From assembly GCA_044449985.1 (NCBI GenBank), contig JBIOIQ010000002.1, forward strand, positions 684-64,683: DNA of 64,000 nt. Reading direction: 5' to 3'. Positions 9,299 to 17,579 of the stretch are shown one piece after another. The notes under the pieces were generated by a model. The model was not told where the DNA came from. It saw only the letters and a list, made by a program, of their open reading frames with translations, and ran no database searches. This stretch comes from Candidatus Saccharimonadia bacterium (GTDB lineage Bacteria > Patescibacteriota > Saccharimonadia > UBA4664 > JBIOIQ01). A program made the translations under genes and the position numbers. The first letter of the stretch is position 1; each line of letters starts with the position of its first letter.

Positions 9299-9742
9299 TC
9301 AACTAACCAAGCGAAATACGTTTTCGATCTCTCGGAGAATATTAGGATGGAACTCATAATTTTTAACTTTATCATGGGTGACCCAAGCAAAGTCTGTAAA
9401 GGCTCCGGGTTCTAGCTCAACCACAGGTTTGTTTGGAACCCGACAGTAAAAATGCAAACCATGATAATAGTACGAATTTTCGCCATGTAAAAACACATCT
9501 TCCCCGATAAAATTCCAATTTTTGATTTGGAAGCCGACTTCTTCTTTGACTTCCCGAATCAACGCTGTGATCAAGCCTTCATCAGGTTCGACTTTACCGC
9601 CCGGAATGGTCCAGAGTCCGGCGTCGATATGACTTCCCGGAATTTTTTTAACTATTAATATTTCGTTCTCGGGACTGACGATAAAGGCGGCTACGGCCAG
9701 TACGACTAAATATTTTGCATGAGGTGGAATTGGATTAACCAT
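9299..9742 (-). CDS. NUDIX hydrolase
   Basis: 147 aa with the Nudix box GGKVEPDEGLITALIREVKEEVGF. Confidence 0.88.
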   Translation of the reverse strand: MVNPIPPHAKYLVVLAVAAFIVSPENEILIVKKIPGSHIDAGLWTIPGGKVEPDEGLITALIREVKEEVGFQIKNWNFIGEDVFLHGENSYYYHGLHFYCRVPNKPVVELEPGAFTDFAWVTHDKVKNYEFHPNILREIENVFRLVS

Positions 9743-9753
9743 CTTGTAATTGT

Positions 9754-11349
9754 TTAATTTGCCTTATTATCGAGCTGCTCGAGTTTAAACTGGGTCGCTC
9801 GCTCAGCCGCCAGGCGAGTCAGTCCCGGATCCTCTCCTTCATTTATAAACTTCATTGAACTGGCAATATTAGGATGAACTTCAGCTATTTTGTTAAACAT
9901 GTGTTGGCAAATCTTGCGGTATCCGGGATGACCCTGAGGACTGGTGCGAAGCTCTAGAAAATGAAACGAGGCTCGCGCATTGAGCATAAATCGGTATCTC
10001 ATTTTATGGCCAAGCAGCGTAGCGTATTGGGCTTCGGCCGAGAAACCTTTCGCTTGCATTGTTTTGTACAAGTTCTCGCTTAAATTAAAGGCTTCTATAA
10101 AGTCTTTCTCGAATCCGGCTGCTTTGATTAAGTCCGGAATATCATAGCCGATATCGGGTGTTAATCGTTGCCATTCGAAACCGTCAACGATTCGGTGGCG
10201 CTGCAGATCCCGAAATGTGCCATAATCTCCAGTAATCTGAAATTCGTAGTGGGGTATTTCAAAAGATCTCCCCGGCTTATGGCGTCGATTGAGTCGTTCG
10301 CCGATGGCGGTTGCGAGGATTTCTGATTTCTGCTCGGCAGTTAGTTTGCTGACTTGCTCATAAATTGATTCAAGCGGAGCATTTGATGACTCAAATAAAA
10401 TTTCTGGAATCAAATCATACTCATTTTTGGGCCAGTAACTAACCAGTGTGACGGCATCGATGGGAATGAGATGGTCATCTTTAATATATTTGTCAGCCAA
10501 TTTGCGCAGGTTAGATCTTCCCGTAGCGCGGTAAGCCACGGCAGCTCCCCCTCTTTCTGGTACATCGGTTCGTTCGAGAAAGGCCGGCAAGACTTTGCGC
10601 GACTCATCTAAAATTTGTTTGCCGATGGCTTGAGCTTCTGGCAACGGATCGCTCTCGAGGTGAATAATTAAACTTTCTAGAGCTTGTGCGGAAAGAAACA
10701 GTCCGACGGTGGCTTTGGTCGCGACTGGCAGTACTGGCCTAGCGGCATCACAAGCTTGAGCCCTAGTTGCCCCCTGCCAAGCGACTTTTTCGCTTTTATC
10801 GGTTGGCTCTGCATGTTGATTTCTCACATACGCTGTCACTCCCCGCACGATACGGGAGTACAACTCAAAAATTTGGGTGAGCGTTTGATCATACTCAATC
10901 GTAAGCGCTGCAAGATCGGTCGGGGTATAGAATTTGTATTTGCCACTTTCATCAAGCTTGTCAAAAAAAATGTAGCGCGTCGATTGCTCAAGATAGGCAC
11001 CTAGTCTGCCCCACTCAAGGAGCTTCGTGAGTAAATTGGAGGCATTTTCAACTACCAAGTGAATTCCGACTAATTGCTGGACTGAATCGTCTCCGTACGC
11101 CGTAACAACTCGACCAATAAGGGCATCAGCCTGCTCGTTTTTGCCAGCAAATTCGTCAAGATAGGTTATACGCATATCGTCACCACGGCGCGATAGTCTC
11201 GCCATGGCTGCAGCAATTAAAACCGGCGACTCACTATCATTAAATGCATAAACCTCCCCCTTAGGATTCGTAATAACTTGGTCCAGCTTTTTCTTCCCTG
11301 CCTCTGTTATTTGCCAACTATTCGCAAGTTTTGTGATAAATTCGTTCAT
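9754..11349 (-). CDS. thyX: FAD-dependent thymidylate synthase ThyX, fused tandem two-domain form
   Basis: 531 aa from the ATG at 11349. The ORF-track start at 11394 would overlap tmk by 40 nt. The N half carries WGR-x7-S-x-RY and the C half carries RHR-x7-Q plus a LELRTSPQGHPGYR-type helix. Confidence 0.85.
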   Translation of the reverse strand: MNEFITKLANSWQITEAGKKKLDQVITNPKGEVYAFNDSESPVLIAAAMARLSRRGDDMRITYLDEFAGKNEQADALIGRVVTAYGDDSVQQLVGIHLVVENASNLLTKLLEWGRLGAYLEQSTRYIFFDKLDESGKYKFYTPTDLAALTIEYDQTLTQIFELYSRIVRGVTAYVRNQHAEPTDKSEKVAWQGATRAQACDAARPVLPVATKATVGLFLSAQALESLIIHLESDPLPEAQAIGKQILDESRKVLPAFLERTDVPERGGAAVAYRATGRSNLRKLADKYIKDDHLIPIDAVTLVSYWPKNEYDLIPEILFESSNAPLESIYEQVSKLTAEQKSEILATAIGERLNRRHKPGRSFEIPHYEFQITGDYGTFRDLQRHRIVDGFEWQRLTPDIGYDIPDLIKAAGFEKDFIEAFNLSENLYKTMQAKGFSAEAQYATLLGHKMRYRFMLNARASFHFLELRTSPQGHPGYRKICQHMFNKIAEVHPNIASSMKFINEGEDPGLTRLAAERATQFKLEQLDNKAN

Positions 11350-11354
11350 ATTTT

Positions 11355-12044
11355 TTATTTCTCCCTTCTTAGAAGTAGTTGCACGGTGGCCCAAATCCGT
11401 TCGTGAATTTTCTCAATCGACAGAATATTTCCGTTCTCGGCACATTCTATTTTAGTGAAGGTCTTGGGAAACTTTTCGCAGATTTCTAAGTAGACTTGTT
11501 CGGCACGCTCAAGGTGGCCCAAATCGTTTTCATGGATGTCGCGTTTGCCCTGTTCTATATACTCTCGTTTGGCTTTCTGATCGATCAGTGTTTGAGCAAT
11601 AGCTGCGGGTACGTGCAATACAATATTAAGATCTGGTTTGGCGATGCCAAGGATATTAAATTCAAGCTCATCGAGCCATTCGAAATATTTTATGCGCTCA
11701 TGCTCATCGCTTATTTTACCGCCCTGATGACCCATATTTGAAGCGACATACCGATTCGCTATGACAATTTGACCACGCTCAAGCGACTCACGTATGGCGA
11801 AGGATGCTTCATAGCGATCCATAGCGTAAAAAATTGAACCCCGGTAGGGTCCAATTTCGTCAACCGTCCCGTATTTGCCGTTTAGGTAGCGTTCAACGAA
11901 AAAAGCACTGGGATGACCGTATTGAGGAAAATCGAAGGTTGCAACATCGAAATCTTCACTGCGTAATCGTCCAATCAGTTTTTCGAACTGAGTCCCCTTT
12001 CCTGTGCCGTCTGTGCCTTCGAGTACTATAAATTGCCCTTTCAT
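11355..12044 (-). CDS. tmk: thymidylate kinase
   Basis: 229 aa with the P-loop FIVLEGTDGTGKGTQ and the DRY motif. Confidence 0.93.
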   Translation of the reverse strand: MKGQFIVLEGTDGTGKGTQFEKLIGRLRSEDFDVATFDFPQYGHPSAFFVERYLNGKYGTVDEIGPYRGSIFYAMDRYEASFAIRESLERGQIVIANRYVASNMGHQGGKISDEHERIKYFEWLDELEFNILGIAKPDLNIVLHVPAAIAQTLIDQKAKREYIEQGKRDIHENDLGHLERAEQVYLEICEKFPKTFTKIECAENGNILSIEKIHERIWATVQLLLRREK

Positions 12045-12715
12045 AGCGGTAGTGGCCTTTGACGAGCGTCCTTAAAAGCCCGAGGAAGCATCTGAGTGGG
12101 ATCCCAAGCTTTAATTATGGCGGATATGTCTGTGCCTTCCTGATATTTTCCTTCACTGCCGTAATGTCGCTCAACTTCTCCAGTTTCGTGAAAAATAATT
12201 TGGGCAATGCGTTCTCCGACCGGAAGAGCAACCGATTCGCGACGATTTAGGTTATAAACTTCCATGGTCCAACGATTAATATAGCCCGGGTCGCCCCACC
12301 CAGCATCAAAACAGGCAGCAATGCCATTACGCCCCCAAGATGAGCGCGATTTCATTTCAGTAGTGCCCGGCGGGTTGATGCCGATAAATTCATGGGTGTG
12401 AGCCAGAATTCGCTCATTGGGACGAAGTACAATTATGGGTTGCTCGGGATCAATCCCTTTAAAAAGACTACGGCCGAATTTGGCGCACCAATCTTTGTGA
12501 GGGAGAGCCTTAAATGGACCACTGAAGTAGCGGGTTATTTCAGTCTCATCAAACGGGTTATAGAAATCACGATAGTCATTACTTTCAGTCGTGTAGAAAT
12601 AGTCGCCGAGCGTCACGTCAACACTTGAGCCGCGAATGTTTTCGTCGATCAGGGGATGAATGACGATATGCCCAGATTTAAGCTCTTGTCGAATTTGTTT
12701 ATCGGAATAAACCAT
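12041..12715 (-). CDS. dcd: dCTP deaminase family protein (possibly bifunctional dCTP deaminase/dUTPase)
   Basis: 224 aa. The N-terminus DKQIRQELKSGHIVIHP...IRGSSVDVTLG and a C-terminal beta-barrel region are typical of the Dcd/Dut superfamily. It overlaps tmk by 4 nt. Confidence 0.82.
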   Translation of the reverse strand: MVYSDKQIRQELKSGHIVIHPLIDENIRGSSVDVTLGDYFYTTESNDYRDFYNPFDETEITRYFSGPFKALPHKDWCAKFGRSLFKGIDPEQPIIVLRPNERILAHTHEFIGINPPGTTEMKSRSSWGRNGIAACFDAGWGDPGYINRWTMEVYNLNRRESVALPVGERIAQIIFHETGEVERHYGSEGKYQEGTDISAIIKAWDPTQMLPRAFKDARQRPLPL

Positions 12716-12816
12716 CTATCCACCTTACGTTTACTTTTTACTGAGTCTCTGTGCTGGTCTATGTAGAGATAAGCTCTCTCCATAGTAGCATAAGAATATT
12801 TGGCATATCCAGATCC

Positions 12817-12843
12817 AAAAAACGCAACCGAAGTCACGTTTTT
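12817..12843 (-). terminator. rho-independent terminator downstream of rplA
   Basis: The minus-strand RNA reads AAAAACGUGAC-UUCG-GUUGCGUUUUUU: a UUCG tetraloop on an 11-bp stem (including 2 G-U pairs), followed by a U-run. Confidence 0.65.
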
Positions 12844-12872
12844 GAGGATGTATTTTGATGTTTAACTTCAAC

Positions 12873-13850
12873 TTACTTTTTAGGATTTGCCTCAGCAATG
12901 GCTTTGGTAACGTTAATTTTTATTCCTGGCCCCATGGTTGTACTCATACTCATAGCTTTTACATAGGTGCCCTTGGTGGCAGCTGGTTTGGCTTTCATGA
13001 TGCCGTCGATGAGGGTTCGGACATTTTGCATCAGCTGCTCGTCTGTGAAGTTGGCTTTACCAAATGCTTGGTGAATAATCGCCTGCTTATCAATCCGGAA
13101 TTCAACCTTTCCGGCTCTTGATTCACGAACGGCTTTCGCAACATCTGACGTGACTGTTCCGCTTTTGGGGTTCGGCATCAGACCTTTGGGGCCGAGTATT
13201 TTCGCGAGCTTTGCTAATTTTGGCATAAGCTCTGGCGTGGCAATAAGCTTATCAAAATTAACTGTCCCGCTTTCGATCTTTGCAATCAAGTCGTCTTCTC
13301 CGACAATTTGAGCTCCTGCATCTTTGGCCTCAGCTTGTTTAGCTGCCGAGCCAAGAACAGCAATAGTTAACTCCTTGCCGGTGCCAGCAGGGAGGACCAA
13401 ACTGGCGCGGACCATTTGATCGGCTTGACGAGGGTCAACCCCTAAATTGACGTGAAGCTCAAGTGAAGGCACAAACTTAATCTTGACGGTTTGTTTCGCG
13501 AGCGCTATAGCTTCGGCAAGTTCATACTCCTTGCTTTTATCAACTAGTTCTAGTGCCGCTCGGTAACCTTTACCGTGTCGTTTTAGAGGGTTTCTGGCGA
13601 TCTGAACAGACTTCTTCGGAGTCGTATCATCATGAGCAAGTGCCTTTGCCTTACGCTCAGCTTCGGCTTGTTCTTCGCGGATAGCTTTTGCGGATCGCTT
13701 GCCAGCCTTGGTCGTAGCAGCTTCGCTTTCTTCTACGGCATCCTCGTTAGCCGAGTCTTCTAAAACAGCTTCTCTAAGATCCTCTGGCTTGGTTGTTTCG
13801 ACCTGGTCAGCTTCGGTCGTTTCTGGCGTTATGACATTTTTCTTCGGCAT
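12873..13850 (-). CDS. rplA: 50S ribosomal protein L1 with a ~85-aa charged N-terminal extension
   Basis: 325 aa. The canonical L1 core starts near residue 88 (KRHGKGYRAALELVDKSKEYELAEAI...). Residues 1-85 are Glu/Asp/Lys/Ala-rich with no internal Met. Confidence 0.9.
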   Translation of the reverse strand: MPKKNVITPETTEADQVETTKPEDLREAVLEDSANEDAVEESEAATTKAGKRSAKAIREEQAEAERKAKALAHDDTTPKKSVQIARNPLKRHGKGYRAALELVDKSKEYELAEAIALAKQTVKIKFVPSLELHVNLGVDPRQADQMVRASLVLPAGTGKELTIAVLGSAAKQAEAKDAGAQIVGEDDLIAKIESGTVNFDKLIATPELMPKLAKLAKILGPKGLMPNPKSGTVTSDVAKAVRESRAGKVEFRIDKQAIIHQAFGKANFTDEQLMQNVRTLIDGIMKAKPAATKGTYVKAMSMSTTMGPGIKINVTKAIAEANPKK

Positions 13851-13921
13851 AGTTTCTCTTTCTGTGGTACTGGCGACAACCTATCAAGCTGTCTCCCACA
13901 CATTATTAGACTTTATTGTAA

Positions 13922-14356
13922 TTATTCTTTCTCGACTTCAATGCCCATACTTCTCGCAGTACCGGCGATGACTTTGAAAGCCCCCTCGGGATCGTTGGCA
14001 TTGGTATCGGCTAGTTTTTTTGCGGCAATTTCTGCAACTTGGGCTCGGCTTAGTTTGGCAACTTTCGTTTTATTAGGTGTGCCAGATCCTTTTTCGACAC
14101 CAGCTGCTTTTCGGATTAATGAAACCGAAGTTTCGCCTTTATAAGTAAAACCAAAAGTCTTATCTTCAAAAATGCGGACTTTAATTGACAAAGTCTGAGG
14201 ACTTAGTTCGCGGGTTTGCTCGTTAAATGCATTCACGAACTCCATCATATTTACGCCTTGAGAGCCCAATACTGAGCCTACTGGTGGCGCGGGAGTGGCT
14301 TTCCCGGCTTCAAGTCGGAACTTAACATTTGCTTTCACTTTTTTGGCTTCTGCCAT
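13922..14356 (-). CDS. rplK: 50S ribosomal protein L11
   Basis: 144 aa with the motif KATPAPPVGSVLGSQGVNMMEF. Confidence 0.96.
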   Translation of the reverse strand: MAEAKKVKANVKFRLEAGKATPAPPVGSVLGSQGVNMMEFVNAFNEQTRELSPQTLSIKVRIFEDKTFGFTYKGETSVSLIRKAAGVEKGSGTPNKTKVAKLSRAQVAEIAAKKLADTNANDPEGAFKVIAGTARSMGIEVEKE

Positions 14357-14380
14357 AATAATTCTCCTCGTGGTAATAGC

Positions 14381-14402
14381 CCTGGCTGGTTTTTCAGCCA
14401 GG
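14381..14402 (-). promoter_or_regulatory. GC-rich stem-loop in the nusG-rplK spacer (function unknown)
   Basis: An 8-bp stem (CCTGGCTG / CAGCCAGG) with a 6-nt loop and no U-run, placed where L11-operon leaders are regulated in other bacteria. Confidence 0.3.
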
Positions 14403-14409
14403 TCCCACG

Positions 14410-14946
14410 TTATAGTTTCTTAACCTGCAAACTATCTAGCTCAACCGGCGTTTCCCGGCCGAACATATTCACAAGCACTTTAATTTTACCTTTATTCTCG
14501 TCGATTTCGTTCACAATGCCGTCAAAACCTTTAAAGGGCCCATCAGTAATATTGACCGGCTCACCGAGCGAAAAGTCGATTTTATACTTCGGCTCCTCAA
14601 CTCCCATTCGTTTTTGGATTTGCTTAACTTCTTCATCCGAGATTGGGATTGGAGTAGTACCGCTTCCGACAAATCCGGTGACATTAGGAGTGTTCCGAAC
14701 GACATACCAGGAATTTTCATCGACATCCATCTGAACTAAAACGTATCCGGGAAATATTCTTCGCTCGACAATTCTGCGGCGACCATTTTTAATCTCAATC
14801 TGATTTTCTTTCGGTACAATCACATCAAAAATCTTCTCGGCCATGTCCATCGTTTCAATGCGTTGTCGCAAGTTTTCCGCGACGCGGTCTTCGTATCCGG
14901 AATACGTGTGTATTACATACCATGCTTTGCTCGGTGTTTTTGTCAC
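14410..14946 (-). CDS. nusG: transcription termination/antitermination factor NusG
   Basis: 178 aa with the NGN domain WYVIHTYSGYE and the KOW motif GPFKGFDGIV. Confidence 0.95.
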   Translation of the reverse strand: MTKTPSKAWYVIHTYSGYEDRVAENLRQRIETMDMAEKIFDVIVPKENQIEIKNGRRRIVERRIFPGYVLVQMDVDENSWYVVRNTPNVTGFVGSGTTPIPISDEEVKQIQKRMGVEEPKYKIDFSLGEPVNITDGPFKGFDGIVNEIDENKGKIKVLVNMFGRETPVELDSLQVKKL

Positions 14947-14948
14947 AT

Positions 14949-15137
14949 CTATACCTTCAAGATTAATTTTTGTACGATCAGATTAAAGACCCAGTCCAGA
15001 CCCGCAATAACTACGGAAAAACCAATTGAGAATACTATCACCGCCAAAGTCCAATTTATCGTTTGTTGGCGAGTTGGCCAGGTGACGCGAGCGAGTTCTG
15101 CGCGGGCCTCTTTGATATATTCCACTATTTGATTCAT
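14949..15137 (-). CDS. secE: preprotein translocase subunit SecE
   Basis: 62 aa with ARAELARVTWPTRQQT followed by one TM helix. It sits immediately upstream of nusG. Confidence 0.9.
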   Translation of the reverse strand: MNQIVEYIKEARAELARVTWPTRQQTINWTLAVIVFSIGFSVVIAGLDWVFNLIVQKLILKV

Positions 15138-15169
15138 ATGCGCTTAAGTATCCCAAATTTTTGCAATTT

Positions 15170-15190
15170 TAAAAAGCCCTAGGGCTTTAT
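15170..15190 (-). terminator. terminator-like hairpin between the 15228..16724 gene and secE
   Basis: AAAGCC-CTAG-GGCTTT, followed on the minus strand by TTTTT. Confidence 0.5.
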
Positions 15191-15227
15191 GTAAAAAGAT
15201 TACCAGCTTTGTTCTAATCTGTCAATA

Positions 15228-16724
15228 TCATAAATGAGACTGGATGTACGGCTGATAATATGAAGCTAAATTGCTGCGCTGGGTGAAGCCATAGCCGCAA
15301 AATATTGCCACAATAACAACTGAAGCGATCGCAATGATTAGGCTGCGGCGGTTAGGTTTTGGCACACGGCCAGTCATTAATAGTTGGCGATTTGGGTTTT
15401 GTGTTCGATCAGCAAACAAATGATAGACCGAGGTCCAAAATCCATATTCAAAAGTGATTACCAGGTAGTAAGACAAGGTAGCGACGATTCCAACGGCAAT
15501 GATAGTCGCAATTGAGCTTGATGAATTAAAGTTACTTTGTGAAATAACTCGACCGACCAAATAGATTGGAAGTGAAAATAATAGTGTAATTGCTAAAACC
15601 TCAATGCCCCATAACACCAGTTCGCCGGAGTTTTTCGCAACCATCAAAAAACTTGATTTATAGACATATATGAATTTCTTAGCCGTAATGACGAGCTGTC
15701 GCGTGGCCAGCGTTCTGGTTAAGATTACGCAAAACCCGCCATAAATTAGTAGGAAATAACAAACGGACAGGACCGCAGTTTGCGCGAGCCCTCCGCTTAG
15801 CAACATTTCAAGCGAACGAGTAAGCTCAATTGCGAGGACGCCAAGCAGTACCAAACCGATCAAAGAAACCGCGTCAAGTGCAATCAGGACTAATAAAGAG
15901 TCTAGGCCAACTTGCCTAGCTTGTTTTGTGCCGGCGGGCCGACCGTCAAGTTCCTTGGCTATGCGAAAGATAACTTCTCCGGATAAAAAGGTGCGATAGA
16001 GATATATTACCCAACCAGCACCAAGAGCAAGCACAAAAGCTCCCATGAGCGTACTCAGATCTGTGGCTGAGAGCATACTTAGTCGAAATTGACTGGTCGC
16101 GAGCTCCTTATAGATGGGTGATAGATTAAGTCTAAAAACTAGTTCAAGGCAAGCACATAGAAGGCAAAAAAGTGCTATCCCAAACCAAAATTCTAGGTTT
16201 AAAAAATGCCAGGCATTACGCAGAGGATGATCTTCAAAAACCGATTTTTCGGGTGACTGCAGTTCAAATGTATGTTTTTTTTCATCCTGAGACGACGGAA
16301 TTGTCTCTAGTTTCTGGGCAGTTTCGGAAGAATTTTTTGCGGGTGCAGAAACATCGATGGTTTTAGGAGTTGGTTTCTCGGGCGTGTTTAGCACAACTGG
16401 TTGGTCGACAGGCTTAGTTTTAGTAACTGGAATTTCTTGAGCCTTGGTCTCTGGAGTTGGATTTAGCTTCGGTTCCGTCACGGTGATTTTAGGTTTGTCG
16501 GAGACTTTTAGTGTCGCTTCAGGTGCTTTTGGCACATCGGACTTATTTAGTGATTCAACGCTAAGTGAGAGCGGTGTGCCCTTAATTGCTTCTACCAAAT
16601 CCGGCGGGGGGGTCAGTTTTTCTTTTGGTGCATCCGGCTCGGTCACCTGTTGACCGCAATTTATGCAATAGTGTTGCCCCTGAATAGCAATAATATCGGT
16701 TGAACCGCAATTTGGGCATTTCAT
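15228..16724 (-). CDS. hypothetical multi-pass membrane protein with an N-terminal zinc ribbon and a Pro/Thr/Lys-rich linker
   Basis: 498 aa. It has CPNCGS...CINCG in the first 25 aa, about 150 aa of low-complexity sequence, then about 7 hydrophobic helices. Confidence 0.7.
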   Translation of the reverse strand: MKCPNCGSTDIIAIQGQHYCINCGQQVTEPDAPKEKLTPPPDLVEAIKGTPLSLSVESLNKSDVPKAPEATLKVSDKPKITVTEPKLNPTPETKAQEIPVTKTKPVDQPVVLNTPEKPTPKTIDVSAPAKNSSETAQKLETIPSSQDEKKHTFELQSPEKSVFEDHPLRNAWHFLNLEFWFGIALFCLLCACLELVFRLNLSPIYKELATSQFRLSMLSATDLSTLMGAFVLALGAGWVIYLYRTFLSGEVIFRIAKELDGRPAGTKQARQVGLDSLLVLIALDAVSLIGLVLLGVLAIELTRSLEMLLSGGLAQTAVLSVCYFLLIYGGFCVILTRTLATRQLVITAKKFIYVYKSSFLMVAKNSGELVLWGIEVLAITLLFSLPIYLVGRVISQSNFNSSSSIATIIAVGIVATLSYYLVITFEYGFWTSVYHLFADRTQNPNRQLLMTGRVPKPNRRSLIIAIASVVIVAIFCGYGFTQRSNLASYYQPYIQSHL

Positions 16725-16861
16725 AGTACTTATTTAAGCACAAAAACCCTAAAAGCGTAAGCAATTTACGCTAGACGTTTTTCCCATCTTATCCACCAAA
16801 ACTTAGTGCATTGTTACAAATAACAGTGCATCAATATTGGAGTTTCGTCATTCTTACTAGG

Positions 16862-17479
16862 TTACTTGTGTTTTTTTCGTTTAGACTTTCGACTCTTCTT
16901 CACGGTTTTATGGCTAGATGCGTCATCCTGTGTCATCTCGCTAGCTCCGGCTACGTTTGGTTCGGTTGTTTCAAGATTTTTGGGCTGGTCTGTTTGCTCC
17001 ATGTCTTCGACTACTGACGTTGATACGTCATCGGCAGTAAGACTATCCCCAACATCCGGCTCGCTAGCGAGTGGAAGTCCTTGATTGGTTGAATCAAGCT
17101 GAGACGAAATGCGGAGCAGAAAAAAACCACAAACTAAGATCAGTACCCCGATTAATCCCAACAGAATTTGGCCGGTATGGTTTGTTGAAGTTTGAGAGTT
17201 GGGTGTAGCAACCGGGGCACCGTCTGCCTCGGTTCCGCTAACGAGTGATGGTACCGCGGAACTTTGTCCGGCAGGTTGGAGGTTTGTAGAAGTACTAGGC
17301 TGCGAAATCCCACCTGCCGTTGAATCAGCTGATTGCAGTGAAGGATTGGCCGGTTGCAACGTATTTATAGTTGGCCCAATATTTCCGGCATCCGGAGTCG
17401 GGCCAAGACTAGAATCGGCAAGTACCGGCGTCGCAATGATACCGAGTATTAGGGTAGCTGCAAAGAGTCGTTTTAACAT
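16862..17479 (-). CDS. hypothetical single-pass envelope protein (signal peptide, Ser/Thr/Pro-rich ectodomain, TM helix, acidic segment, polybasic tail)
   Basis: 205 aa with MLKRLFAATLILGIIATPVLA, the mid-protein TM helix ILLGLIGVLILVCGFFLL and the C-terminal KKSRKSKRKKHK. Confidence 0.6.
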   Translation of the reverse strand: MLKRLFAATLILGIIATPVLADSSLGPTPDAGNIGPTINTLQPANPSLQSADSTAGGISQPSTSTNLQPAGQSSAVPSLVSGTEADGAPVATPNSQTSTNHTGQILLGLIGVLILVCGFFLLRISSQLDSTNQGLPLASEPDVGDSLTADDVSTSVVEDMEQTDQPKNLETTEPNVAGASEMTQDDASSHKTVKKSRKSKRKKHK

Positions 17480-17550
17480 GCAGGCATTATCCCACGAGCT
17501 TTAGACAAATCCAATACCTATTGAGCAATCACAAGATTTAACTTTTCAAG

Positions 17551-17579
17551 GTGACAAACTCCATATTTCGCCGTAAAAT
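17551..17579 (+). promoter_or_regulatory. putative aspS promoter (GTGACA-N17-TAAAAT)
   Basis: The -10 element ends at 17579. The first ATG is at 17580 and the second at 17589. No Shine-Dalgarno is present. Confidence 0.35.

Noticed and set aside
11350-11394. The longer thyX start at 11394 given by the ORF track.
   Set aside because: It would overlap the 3' end of tmk by 40 nt. The ATG at 11349 lies 5 nt after the tmk stop and has GGGAG upstream.
16270-16295. A second copy of the tuf-leader repeat arm (tcatcctgag) inside the 15228..16724 gene.
   Set aside because: Only a 10-nt match within coding sequence, with no partner arm. It is most likely coincidence.
17480-17579. A possible T-box leader upstream of aspS.
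   Set aside because: Only about 100 nt are available, with no specifier or terminator architecture. The promoter abuts the start codon.
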